Assembly (NCBI GenBank): GCA_004294265.1
Contig: REAG01000118.1
Coordinates: 1 to 56,490, forward strand
DNA length: 56,490 nucleotides
Source: Cytophagales bacterium
Lineage (GTDB): Bacteria; Bacteroidota; Bacteroidia; Cytophagales; UBA9547
Reading direction: 5' to 3'
Every line of letters begins with the position of its first letter. Within the stretch, counting starts at the first letter, position 1. A program made the translations under genes and the position numbers. The notes below the pieces were generated by a model. The model ran no database searches, was not told the DNA's origin, and was given only the letters and a program-made list of their open reading frames with translations. This document shows, piece after piece, positions 1-8,879 of the stretch.

Positions 1-906
1 TTAGTTACAATAGACAAATTTAATTTGGTTTTTGGCACAAGGTTCAGCAAGCATCATTCTGTTTAATAAGTTGTCAAATATACTTTCTTTGAATATTGAG
101 CGATTGATTCTATAACAAAATTCGTTTAAATAGCCTTGCAAATAATCTGGATTTACACTATGATGGATGCCTCTTATCCAACTTTTTAGTTGCTGTATGC
201 CTCTGTGCATGACTTTGAAGTTTTCTTTTGGCTTACTTTTTTGTTGGTCTATCTGAAATTCCTTTTTTAACGGGAAATATCCTGACCATTTATCTGTCAT
301 TACTTTGGCATCGGTGCTAATATGTTTCTCAAAAAATGGCTTTAATTGCTCAGAACTCGCATTTTCTATTTTCTTAACATACATCCTCTTTGTGCCTTTG
401 CCTCCATTTTTTTCAATGGCAACAACTATTTGAGATTTTTTTACGGCACCCCTTCCAACAGCACCCGTTTCTTGCTCTCCTATAAAAGCCTCATCAACCT
501 CTACACATCCTTTTAAAGGATATTTTTCACTACTTTTCATCGACACCCTTACTTTTTGCTGAAATAATAAGGCCGTTTTACGATTTATGCCAACATTTTT
601 TGCCAATTGCTCTGCCGAAATACTTTTTGTGGTGGCACTCATCTTAAAAATGATTAAAAATGCCTTTTCAAGCCCAAATTTTACCTTATGAAAAAGCGTA
701 TTGGCGGTGGCAGATACAATATAATTGCATTTTTTACACCTTTTATGATACAAAATAGTGCAATTACTCTCTTCTGTTCCTTTGCAATGAGGACATTCAA
801 AACCGTTTTTCCAACGATAGGCTGCCAAATAACTCATGCACGCTTCTTTTGTTGCGAATTTATCCTTAAACAATATTTCATTTTCCCCTTTAAATGCCTC
901 AATCAT
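1..906 (-). CDS. IS1595-family (ISXO2-like) DDE transposase
   Basis: 301 aa. N-terminal zinc ribbon (FECPHCKG ... CKKCNY), then VEVDEAFIG, MTDKWSGY and YLQGYLNEFCYRINR, typical of IS1595 transposases. Confidence 0.85.
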   Translation of the reverse strand: MIEAFKGENEILFKDKFATKEACMSYLAAYRWKNGFECPHCKGTEESNCTILYHKRCKKCNYIVSATANTLFHKVKFGLEKAFLIIFKMSATTKSISAEQLAKNVGINRKTALLFQQKVRVSMKSSEKYPLKGCVEVDEAFIGEQETGAVGRGAVKKSQIVVAIEKNGGKGTKRMYVKKIENASSEQLKPFFEKHISTDAKVMTDKWSGYFPLKKEFQIDQQKSKPKENFKVMHRGIQQLKSWIRGIHHSVNPDYLQGYLNEFCYRINRSIFKESIFDNLLNRMMLAEPCAKNQIKFVYCN

Positions 907-985
907 GCCCTTATTTTAAATTAACCAAATTTTATTTGGCAAATATAATACTTTTTTCTAATATGTAACTAAGTGGGCTTTTCTA
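1..985 (-). mobile_element. IS1595-family insertion sequence, one end in window (other end lies left of position 1)
   Basis: Transposase ORF 1-906 plus a 79-bp leader. The minus-strand terminus reads TAGAAAAGCCCACTTAGTTACATA (985 to 962). The same terminus recurs on the MITEs listed below. The transposase stop codon is at 1-3, so the second inverted repeat is outside the window. Confidence 0.8.
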
Positions 986-1041
986 ATTTTTTTTATTTAA
1001 AATAAAACAAAATTTACGCTAATTATAACAATTTCAAAACC

Positions 1042-1049
1042 TATATTTG
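1042..1049 (+). promoter_or_regulatory. Bacteroidota-type -7 promoter box (TATATTTG = TAnnTTTG) upstream of transketolase subunit gene
   Basis: Exact TAnnTTTG match 58 nt upstream of the ATG at 1107. Confidence 0.4.
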
Positions 1050-1106
1050 TAAATTAATTTAAAAATTATTTTTAGCATAATTTCTCAATTTTATTTTAGT
1101 TATTTA

Positions 1107-2063
1107 ATGAAAAAATTCACATTTACAGATAAAAAAGATACACGTTCTGGTTTTGGGGACGGCATGACAGAATTAGGGAAAAGCAATAAAAATGTGGTTG
1201 CATTATGTGCAGACCTTACAGATAGTTTAAAATTAGGGACATTTGCAAAAGAAAATCCTGAAAGATTTATCCAAACGGGTATAGCAGAGGCAAATATGAT
1301 TGGAATTGCAGCTGGCATGACCATTGGTGGAAAAATTCCTTTTGCAACAACTTTTGCAAATTTTGGTACAGGTAGAGTGTATGATCAAATTCGTCAATCG
1401 GTAGCTTATTCGGGTAAAAATGTAAAAATTGCTTGCTCACACGCAGGTTTAACTCTTGGGGAAGATGGTGCAACTCATCAAATTTTGGAAGATATTGGTT
1501 TAATGAAAATGTTGCCTGGTATGACCGTAATTAATACTTGCGACTACAACCAAACGAAAGCTGCAACAATTGCCATAGCCGAACACAAAGGTCCTGTTTA
1601 TTTGCGTTTTGGTCGCCCTGTAATTCCAGTTTATTCAGATACCAACCAAGTTTTTGAAATAGGAAAAGCTTGGATGGTAAATGAAGGTAAAGATGTTACA
1701 ATAATTGCAACCGGACACATGGTTTGGGAAGCAATCTTAGCTGGCGAAATGCTCGAAGCAAAAGGTATAGATGCAGAAATAATAAACATTCATACCATTA
1801 AACCACTTGATGTTGAAGCGATTATAAAATCTGTTACAAAAACAAAATGCGTAGTTACAGCAGAAGAACACAATATAATTGGAGGTTTAGGAGATAGTGT
1901 TGCTCAGGTTTTATCCACAAAATTTCCAGCACCACAGGAGTTTATTGGCACTAAAGATACTTTTGGCGAAAGTGGAACACCTGATGAATTGATGTTAAAA
2001 TATGGTTTGAAAGCTGCAAATATTGTTGAAGCAGCTGAAAAAGTAATTTCAAGAAAAAAATAG
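1107..2063 (+). CDS. Transketolase, C-terminal subunit (split transketolase)
   Basis: 318 aa with pyrimidine-binding and C-terminal domains only (GIAEANMIGIAAGM, HAGLTLGEDGATHQ, FGESGTPDEL). The N-terminal TPP-binding half is absent. Confidence 0.9.
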   Translation: MKKFTFTDKKDTRSGFGDGMTELGKSNKNVVALCADLTDSLKLGTFAKENPERFIQTGIAEANMIGIAAGMTIGGKIPFATTFANFGTGRVYDQIRQSVAYSGKNVKIACSHAGLTLGEDGATHQILEDIGLMKMLPGMTVINTCDYNQTKAATIAIAEHKGPVYLRFGRPVIPVYSDTNQVFEIGKAWMVNEGKDVTIIATGHMVWEAILAGEMLEAKGIDAEIINIHTIKPLDVEAIIKSVTKTKCVVTAEEHNIIGGLGDSVAQVLSTKFPAPQEFIGTKDTFGESGTPDELMLKYGLKAANIVEAAEKVISRKK

Positions 2064-2073
2064 ATATTATTAC

Positions 2074-2106
2074 AAAAAAAGCTATTAGAAATAATAGCTT
2101 TTTTTG
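2074..2106 (+). terminator. Rho-independent terminator after transketolase gene
   Basis: AAAAAAA GCTATTA gaaa TAATAGC TTTTTTT; stem 2081-2087/2092-2098 followed by a T-run. Confidence 0.7.
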
Positions 2107-2205
2107 TAATAACATATTTAAAATGACTGGCTTAATTAAACAATATTTTTATTTTTTCTAATTTAACCACTATTTCAGAAAAATATAGTTTTAAATATCA
2201 ATAAA

Positions 2206-2322
2206 GGGAACTCCTAAAAACCTCAATTCCGTTGAAGCCCTCCCACTTGGATTCTGCGGTTTCGTAGCATAAATTGGTTTGGGTGGGGTTTTTAAAAATA
2301 ATATTGGGGTTTTTAGAGGTTC
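2206..2322. repeat. MITE-like element, GGATTCTGCG core, termini GGGAACTCCTAAAAACC / GGTTTTTAGAGGTTC
   Basis: The core TTGGATTCTGCGGTTTCGTAGCATAAATTGG...GGGTGGGGT is colinear with copies at 8880-9037, 10760-10918, 42559-42879 and 50127-50280. The imperfect 15-bp terminal inverted repeats differ from the IS1595-type ends. Confidence 0.65.
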
Positions 2323-2413
2323 GCTAAAATCTTTTTACATAAAGTATAAATATATTGAGTCTAATAAATATTTAGAAAGCCCCTTTCTTATTTCTCCAAC
2401 TGGTAAAAGTTTT

Positions 2414-2669
2414 CAAGGAATTCGTAAGTATTTATTAAACTTTATATTATAACAACATATTCTTTCCGTACTCAATTTTTCTATATAGCAAATAATTAAA
2501 TCAGAGATTTGTTCTTAAAATTACTAAATTTTAAAACCTACCATAAATCCAATTTCTTCAACGATACCACAGACTCGAATTGAAATGACTTGCGAGGCTC
2601 GTATATTTCTAGTAATAAATTAAAAATAAATACCTTTATTATTATTGAAAAGTTTTAAATGCTAAGTCC
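2414..2669. repeat. MITE-like element with GGAATTCG...TTTTAAATGC termini (longer, diverged copy)
   Basis: Starts CAAGGAATTCGTAAG and ends GAAAAGTTTTAAATGCTAAGTCC. It shares AAAATTACTA.ATT, TAGTAATAAATTAAAAATAAAT and GAAAAGTTTTAAATGC blocks with the 151-bp copy at 42643-42793. Confidence 0.55.
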
Positions 2670-2779
2670 AATGGACATGATGTGATTTGTTTATCCAAAA
2701 AATATATTCTATATAATTACAAATCAAAAACTAAAAAAAACCTATTATTGTGTCAGATTAATTTACAAATTCAATATCT

Positions 2780-3688
2780 ATGCGCGATATTACCTCAAAA
2801 GTAAGTTCATTAAGAACAGCCAAGGCTACGGCAAGTATTTTTTGCTCCGAAAAAACTATTTTATTGATAAAAAGTGGAGAAATTCCGAAAGGAAATATTT
2901 TTGAATTTGCCAGATCTGCCGCTTTTTTTGCTGCCAAAAAAACCGATCAACTTTTGCCACATTGCCATCCTGTGGGAATAGACAGCATGACCATGACTTT
3001 TGAAATATTTAAAAATCCATCCAAAATAACAATAAATACAGAATTAAAATTTATTGGAAGAACAGGAATTGAAATGGAAGCACTCACAGGGGTTTCGGTA
3101 GCGGCACTCACTATGTATGATATGCTCAAGCCTGTCGATAAAAATCTTGAAATTGGTGAGATTAAATTAATAGAAAAAAAAGGCGGAAAATCAGAAAAAA
3201 AATATTTCAATACACCACCCACTTGTGCCGTTTTAGTATGTTCTGACTCTACTTTTGCTGGAAAAAGAGAAGATAATTCTGGTAAGAAAATAGTTGAAAT
3301 GCTAAAATCTCATGCCATAGAATGTATAGATTATAAAATAGTCCCAGATGAAAAAAATACCATTCAACAAGAAATTCAAAATTGGGTAAAACAAGATATT
3401 CAATTTATTTTTACTACAGGAGGCACAGGCTTAAGCCATAGAGACAACACAGTGGAGGCGGTTGAAGAAATTTTAGAAAAAAAAGCCAATGGAATTTCTG
3501 AAGCCATGCGTGCATTTGGTCAAGCTCGAACATCACTTGCGATGATGAGCAATGGAGTGGCAGGAAGTATTGCAAATACAACTATTATTACTCTTCCTGG
3601 CAGCACAGATGGTGCCAGAGAGTCATTAGAAGCAGTTTTGCCAACCTTATTTCATGCTCGTAAAATGCTTAAAGGTGGCGGACATTAG
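2780..3688 (+). CDS. moaC: Bifunctional molybdenum cofactor protein, MoaC (cyclic pyranopterin monophosphate synthase) fused to a MoaB/MogA domain
   Basis: 302 aa. The N-terminal half has LPHCHPVGIDS and GIEMEALTGVSVAALTMYDM (MoaC). The C-terminal half has CAVLVCSDS...TTGGTGLSHRDNTVEAV...LPGS (MoaB/MogA fold). Confidence 0.85.
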   Translation: MRDITSKVSSLRTAKATASIFCSEKTILLIKSGEIPKGNIFEFARSAAFFAAKKTDQLLPHCHPVGIDSMTMTFEIFKNPSKITINTELKFIGRTGIEMEALTGVSVAALTMYDMLKPVDKNLEIGEIKLIEKKGGKSEKKYFNTPPTCAVLVCSDSTFAGKREDNSGKKIVEMLKSHAIECIDYKIVPDEKNTIQQEIQNWVKQDIQFIFTTGGTGLSHRDNTVEAVEEILEKKANGISEAMRAFGQARTSLAMMSNGVAGSIANTTIITLPGSTDGARESLEAVLPTLFHARKMLKGGGH

Positions 3689-3695
3689 TAGGAAT

Positions 3696-4310
3696 TTATA
3701 TTTTTGATTTCAAAAAAATTGAAACCATTTCAGTAGATTTTTCCATATCATAATCATTATTGATAATAATATCGGATGTTTTTAAATACGGTTTTGTGTA
3801 TTTTTCATATCCGACCCAAACATGGTGTTCAAAATCATATAAAGTATGTTGGGTAGAATAATTACGCTCAACTAAATCACGACCTAGCCTGCGAATTATA
3901 CACTTTTCATCGGAGGTTTTTACAAATATTTTAAAATCTAAAATAGATTTTAAAATGTCGTAATGAAATATAAAAACGCCTTCTATAATTATAATACTTT
4001 TTTTCTCAAATACAAGTTCACGAGGTATGATTTTGGGGTTATTGAATGTATATTCTTTAATAATTACTTTTTTTCCACTCAATAAATTGTCTAAATCTGA
4101 TTTAAAACGAATGATATCAATAGCTTCAGGTAAATCAAAATTTACTTTATCGTTGCTATCTTTTATTTGTTTGTCTAAGGGTTTGTAATAATTATCCAAA
4201 GAAAACACACAAACCGATTCAGCTCCAACCTTTGAAACTAAATTCTTAACAAAAGTTGTTTTTCCTGATCCGCTAGCTCCAGAAACCCCAATTACATAAC
4301 TTTTCATCAT
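3696..4310 (-). CDS. udk: Uridine/cytidine kinase
   Basis: 204 aa. P-loop GVSGASGSGKTT, then SLDNYYK and a uridine kinase-like layout. Confidence 0.85.
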   Translation of the reverse strand: MMKSYVIGVSGASGSGKTTFVKNLVSKVGAESVCVFSLDNYYKPLDKQIKDSNDKVNFDLPEAIDIIRFKSDLDNLLSGKKVIIKEYTFNNPKIIPRELVFEKKSIIIIEGVFIFHYDILKSILDFKIFVKTSDEKCIIRRLGRDLVERNYSTQHTLYDFEHHVWVGYEKYTKPYLKTSDIIINNDYDMEKSTEMVSIFLKSKI

Positions 4311-4322
4311 AAATTATTAATG

Positions 4323-4844
4323 TCATAATTGTTTTTTAACAAGATTAAATAAATCTTGAGCAAAAGGAAAAATAAATTCAATGACACTAATTGTGTAAGG
4401 TGCAATTGAAGAAATAAATTGAAATAATGGAGCATCTTTGGTAATATTTTCGGGAATAATAATTCCTGAACTTTTCACTAACCAAACCAAAATACTCACT
4501 GTAAAAGTCCAGCGAAATAAACCAATAAATGCACCCGCAATGTTATCTAAAATTCCTGCAAAAATAGTAAAATCTAGCACTGTTTTAATAGCAAAACCAA
4601 TGGCTCTTACACCTAATAAAACCAATGTAAAAATTACTAAAAAAGATAAAAATGGTAATATTTTAGACATATTTGGAAAATATTGATATAATACACCAAT
4701 TCCTACTTGCAATAATTTAAAAGCTAAAATTACTCCTAAAATTATCGAAATTACTTCAAAAAGCATCGTTACAAGTCCTTTTTGATAGCCTTGATAAATT
4801 CCGTACAGAATAGGAATTAAAATAATTATATCAATAAATTTCAT
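4323..4844 (-). CDS. cvpA: CvpA-family (colicin V production) membrane protein
   Basis: 173 aa, four predicted TM helices, N-terminal IDIIILIPILYGIYQGYQKGL typical of CvpA. Confidence 0.6.
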   Translation of the reverse strand: MKFIDIIILIPILYGIYQGYQKGLVTMLFEVISIILGVILAFKLLQVGIGVLYQYFPNMSKILPFLSFLVIFTLVLLGVRAIGFAIKTVLDFTIFAGILDNIAGAFIGLFRWTFTVSILVWLVKSSGIIIPENITKDAPLFQFISSIAPYTISVIEFIFPFAQDLFNLVKKQL

Positions 4845-4851
4845 ATTTTTA

Positions 4852-5301
4852 TTAAACTAAAAGCGTTTTAACTAAAGTAGAAACCAGTTTTCCGTCAGCA
4901 ATTCCGGCTAATTCTTTAGTGGCTACTCCCATAACTTTTCCCATATCTTGCGGACCTCTTGCTCCCACTTTAAGTATGATTTCTTGTAATTTTGACTTAA
5001 TTTCGTCTTCATTTAATTGTTTTGGCAAAAACTTTTCAATAATGGCAAGTTCTGCTTCTTCAACTGATGCTAAATCGGCTCGGTTTTGAGCTTTAAAAAC
5101 TTCTAAACTTTCTTTTCGTTGTTTAGCAGCCTTTGAAAGCAATTTTAATTCAGTATCTTTTGAAAGTTCGCCTTGCTGACCTTCAGAGGTTTCTGCAAGC
5201 AAAATCATAGATTTTATGCTTCTTAATGCTCTCAAAGAATCTTGATCTTTGGCTTTCATGGCTTCTTTTATAGAAGAATCAATGTCTGATTTTAAACTCA
5301 T
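4852..5301 (-). CDS. GatB/YqeY domain protein
   Basis: The likely start is the internal ATG at 5301 (MSLKSDIDSSIKEAMKAKD). YqeY-like pattern with LRSIKS, LPKQLNEDE and GKVMG. The upstream 24 codons of the ORF look like read-through. Confidence 0.8.
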   Translation of the reverse strand: MSLKSDIDSSIKEAMKAKDQDSLRALRSIKSMILLAETSEGQQGELSKDTELKLLSKAAKQRKESLEVFKAQNRADLASVEEAELAIIEKFLPKQLNEDEIKSKLQEIILKVGARGPQDMGKVMGVATKELAGIADGKLVSTLVKTLLV

Positions 5302-5386
5302 ATTTTTAAATTTATTTTGTAAAAGTAGTAAAAAACCATACAATTTGTATATTCGTGCTAAATTTATATACAACTATTTTTAAAAA

Positions 5387-5923
5387 ATGGAATTTAAAGA
5401 AACTGGTTTTGAAGGCTTATTTGAAATACAGCCACGAATTTTTGAAGACGAAAGAGGGTATTTTTATGAATCTTTCAATGAAAAATTATTTTTTGATCAC
5501 GGAATAAAAGAAAAATTTGTTCAAGACAATCAATCCTTTTCCAAAAAAGGGGTTTTAAGAGGATTACATTTGCAAAATCCACCATGCGCTCAAGGCAAAT
5601 TGGTAAGAGTAATTTCAGGCAAAGTTTTGGATTCGGTTGTTGATATTCGCAAAGACTCTAAAACTTTCGGAAAATGGTATTCCGTAATATTAGATGCCAA
5701 AAAACAAAATTTATTGTATGTACCTCCAGGCTTTGCACATGGTTTTTCTACGCTCGAAGATGCAGTTTTTAGTTATAAATGCACCGATTTTTATAATAAA
5801 TCAGCCGAAGGTGGTATTCTTTGGAACGACCCACAATTAAAAATTGATTGGATGGTCGAAAATCCTTTAGTAAATATTAAAGATCAAGAATTGCCAACAT
5901 TTAATGATTTTATAAATAAATAA
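5387..5923 (+). CDS. rfbC: dTDP-4-dehydrorhamnose 3,5-epimerase
   Basis: 178 aa with FEDERGYFYESF, RGLHLQ, QGKLVRV, VDIRKDSKTFGKW and PPGFAHGF. Confidence 0.9.
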   Translation: MEFKETGFEGLFEIQPRIFEDERGYFYESFNEKLFFDHGIKEKFVQDNQSFSKKGVLRGLHLQNPPCAQGKLVRVISGKVLDSVVDIRKDSKTFGKWYSVILDAKKQNLLYVPPGFAHGFSTLEDAVFSYKCTDFYNKSAEGGILWNDPQLKIDWMVENPLVNIKDQELPTFNDFINK

Positions 5924-5944
5924 TTTTTTCTTATAAATCTAAAA

Positions 5945-5979
5945 TAAAAAAACCGCTCCTTTTAGAGCGGTTTTTTTTA
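5945..5979. terminator. Bidirectional Rho-independent terminator between convergent rfbC and rho
   Basis: AAAAAAA CCGCTC ctttta GAGCGG TTTTTTTT; A-run and T-run flank the stem. Confidence 0.8.
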
Positions 5980-6000
5980 TTTTATGTTAAGTATCAATTA

Positions 6001-7677
6001 CTACCCATTCATTGTTGCAAGAAACTCTTCGTTCGACTTAGTTCCTCTCATTCTATCAAGTAAGAAATCCATAGATTCTTTTGGATTCATGTCGCTCATA
6101 TATTTTCGTAATATCCAAACTCTGTTTAACTCTTCTTGACTCAATAAAAGATCTTCTTTACGAGTACCAGAAGATGGAACATCAATGGCAGGGAAAATTC
6201 TGCGATTTGCTAAACTTCTATCTAATTGCAACTCCATATTGCCAGTTCCTTTAAATTCCTCAAAAATAACTTCATCCATTTTAGAGCCAGTTTCAATCAA
6301 AGCAGTAGCAATAATAGTAAGTGAGCCTCCATTTTCAATGTTACGAGCAGCACCAAAGAAACGTTTTGGTTTATGCAAAGCATTCGCATCCACACCTCCA
6401 GAAAGTATTTTTCCAGAACTTGGAACTACTGTATTATAGGCACGTGCTAATCGGGTAATAGAATCTAATAAAATGACTACATCGTGTCCACACTCAACCA
6501 ATCTTTTTGCTTTTTCTAACACAATAGATGAAACTTTTACATGTCTATCTGCCGTTTCATCAAAAGTAGAAGCCACAACTTCAGCTTTTACACTGCGTTG
6601 CATATCTGTAACTTCCTCTGGTCTTTCGTCTATTAATAATACAATTAAATAAACTTCTGGATGATTTTCAGCAATTGCATTTGCAATTTCTTTCAACAAA
6701 ACTGTTTTTCCTGTTTTAGGTTGAGCCACAATCATACCTCTTTGCCCTTTTCCAATGGGAGCAAAAAGATCTAAAATACGAGTACTCATCAAACTCGCAC
6801 GTGTACATAAATTTAATTTTTCTTGTGGAAAAAGTGGCGTTAAAAATTCAAACGGAATTCTATCTCTTACCTCTTCTGTTGTTTTGCCATTTACGGTTTC
6901 AACCCGCAATAAAGCAAAATATTTTTCACCTTCTTTTGGTGGTCTAACTTGTCCTTTTACGGTATCGCCCGTTTTTAAGCCAAAAAGCTTAATTTGCGAT
7001 GCCGAAACATAAATGTCATCTGGGCTTGCCAAGTAATTATAATCTGAAGAACGCATAAAGCCATAACCTTCCGACATGATTTCTAAAACACCTTCGTTCG
7101 TAATAAAACCATCAAATTCTCTTGTTGGTCTGTTTCTTTGTTGGTTTTGATTTTGATTTTGGTTTTGGTTAGGATTTGTGCTTACTCCGTTTGCATTATT
7201 TTCAGTAGAGTTTTGCGTTCTTTCTCGTTTTGGAATAGAGGTTATTATATTAGACTCAACAACCAAAACTTCGTTAATTATTTCTACATTTTGTGTAAAA
7301 AGATTGGAGTCAGAGGGCTCATCAATTTTAATAATTAAAGGTTCAGAAGAGATAAATTCTTCCTTTTTTGGTGTCTGAGTTGAGGCTGACTTTGGAGTTA
7401 TTGCTTGTCTTTGCTTTGGAATTGGAGGTGCTAAAGTTGATTTTGGCATTGAATTTCCATTATTTTCGGCAGCAACTGTCCTTATTCTAGGTCGTATAGC
7501 AGAATTTTTATTTCCAGTTTCTGGAAGTACTGCTGTTGGATTTATAGCTTGCTGGTCAAGTATTTTATAAACTAATTCTTCTTTTGTTAACTTTTTACTA
7601 TTCTTAACGTCTAATTTTTCTGCAATCTCTTTGAGTTCAGAAATAAGTTTGAGGTTGAGCTCCTCGATGTTATACAT
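6001..7677 (-). CDS. rho: Transcription termination factor Rho with a ~145-aa low-complexity N-terminal insertion
   Basis: Start taken at the ATG at 7677 ([22 protein letters not shown], Rho_N). Cold-shock-like RNA-binding domain (GYGFMRS), P-loop AQPKTGKT, C-terminal ATPase motifs. Residues ~44-187 are the insertion. Confidence 0.95.
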   Translation of the reverse strand: MYNIEELNLKLISELKEIAEKLDVKNSKKLTKEELVYKILDQQAINPTAVLPETGNKNSAIRPRIRTVAAENNGNSMPKSTLAPPIPKQRQAITPKSASTQTPKKEEFISSEPLIIKIDEPSDSNLFTQNVEIINEVLVVESNIITSIPKRERTQNSTENNANGVSTNPNQNQNQNQNQQRNRPTREFDGFITNEGVLEIMSEGYGFMRSSDYNYLASPDDIYVSASQIKLFGLKTGDTVKGQVRPPKEGEKYFALLRVETVNGKTTEEVRDRIPFEFLTPLFPQEKLNLCTRASLMSTRILDLFAPIGKGQRGMIVAQPKTGKTVLLKEIANAIAENHPEVYLIVLLIDERPEEVTDMQRSVKAEVVASTFDETADRHVKVSSIVLEKAKRLVECGHDVVILLDSITRLARAYNTVVPSSGKILSGGVDANALHKPKRFFGAARNIENGGSLTIIATALIETGSKMDEVIFEEFKGTGNMELQLDRSLANRRIFPAIDVPSSGTRKEDLLLSQEELNRVWILRKYMSDMNPKESMDFLLDRMRGTKSNEEFLATMNG

Positions 7678-8039
7678 AAAATAAATTTTTTGGTGTTGTA
7701 AACAGCATAAAATGCTTTGAAAATTGAAATAAGAATCAAAACCGTGGATGCAAATGCTTAGTTTTGATTGTAAATAATATTGCAAAAGTAATAGAAATTT
7801 TTAATTCACCAAAATAATAAAATATTTTATTTATAATAATTAGGTTTTGTATTTTCATAAATTTTTCCAATCCTTACATATAAATATATATTTACTTTAA
7901 AATTAAAGTAAATATTAAATAAAAATAGCTGCGTTTACTGGTTGAATCTTACAAATAAAAAAATAAATTCTAAAATATCCTTTTAAAAATTTATTTTAAA
8001 CTAAATTTATTGATAAATAAAATTAATCATTAATATAAA

Positions 8040-8444
8040 ATGAATTATTGGTTGTTAAAATCAGAACCTAATGTGTATAGTTTTGATAAATTAAAGTCAG
8101 AAAAAAAAGGTATTTGGGATGGTGTTCGTAATTACCAAGCCAGAAACAACCTAAAAGCAATGAAAAAAGGTGATTTAGCTTTTTTTTATCATAGCAATAT
8201 TGGCAAAGAAATAGTTGGAATTGTTAAAATTATAAAAGAAAGCTATCCTGATTCAACTTCAGATGATTTGAGATGGGTGGTGGTTGAAGTAGAACCATTT
8301 TATACTTTTAAAAAACCTATTTCGCTTCAACAAATAAAAAGCGATGCAATTCTTCAAAATATTGGATTAATCAAGCAGAGTAGATTATCTGTAATGACTA
8401 TTAAGCCTGAGGAGTTTGATTATATTTTAGCTTTTGATAATTGA
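8040..8444 (+). CDS. EVE (PUA-like, DUF55) domain protein
   Basis: 134 aa. MNYWLLKSEP...W.GVRNYQARNNLK.MK.GD.AFFYHS is the canonical EVE N-terminus. Confidence 0.8.
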   Translation: MNYWLLKSEPNVYSFDKLKSEKKGIWDGVRNYQARNNLKAMKKGDLAFFYHSNIGKEIVGIVKIIKESYPDSTSDDLRWVVVEVEPFYTFKKPISLQQIKSDAILQNIGLIKQSRLSVMTIKPEEFDYILAFDN

Positions 8445-8526
8445 TAAAACAATTTTTTTATTACGCTTTGATTATAATTAAAGTACATTATAAAATTACT
8501 ATATTTGTGATTTTAAAAATATTAAT

Positions 8527-8848
8527 ATGAGTAAAATAATTTTCAAAATCAATTATTTTAGTTCAGAAAAGTTGAAAAATTTTTTAAAAAAAGATAAAAA
8601 ATTTCAGCAAGGCTTACGTCTTTATACTTGTTATCAGGTTTCATCAAGAAAAAGACCGTAATAACTATAATCGATGTATGATACATCGTTCAAGTCTATT
8701 TGTAATTTGGTTAAATGAGGGCGGAATAGATGCTTTAAAAGATAAAATTGAATTATTTTTCCTTTCACCCTATTCTTCAGACCTAAATCAAATAGAAAGA
8801 ATTTGGTGGTTTTTGAGAAAAAAGTTACAAACAACAGGTAAACTATAA
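8527..8848 (+). pseudogene. IS630/Tc1-mariner-family transposase remnant, internally deleted
   Basis: 8527-8658 reads MSKIIFKINYFSSEKLKNFLKKDKKFQQGLRLYTCYQVSSRKRP*. A second frame up to 8848 reads MIHRSSLFVIWLNEGGIDALKDKIELFFLSPYSSDLNQIERIWWFLRKKL. The HTH part is joined directly to the C-terminal PYSP.LN.IE..W signature, and the DDE core is missing. A TATATTTG box sits at 8502-8509. Confidence 0.7.
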
Positions 8849-8879
8849 AAACCTAAAGTAATTTATTTATAGTAAAATT

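Noticed and set aside
2245-2275. Conserved MITE core GGATTCTGCGGTTTCGTAGCAGAAATTGG as a structured small RNA (TTCTGC/GCAGAA stem)
   Set aside because: Across the five copies, substitutions in the putative stem (GCATA at 2266, TCTGT at 10825, TCTAC at 42810) are not compensated, so covariation does not support a conserved RNA structure.
7678-7785. 36-codon N-terminal extension of the rho ORF ([20 protein letters not shown]...)
   Set aside because: The Rho_N domain begins at the internal Met ([10 protein letters not shown]). The extension is Cys/aromatic-rich and unlike any Rho N-terminus. The same logic was applied to the 5' extensions of the GatB/YqeY, cobS, desaturase, DUF1573, NUDIX and DUF3820 ORFs.
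8634-8834. 66-aa minus-strand ORF
   Set aside because: It is antisense to the IS630-type transposase remnant, whose plus-strand translation carries the diagnostic PYS.DLNQIERIW motif.
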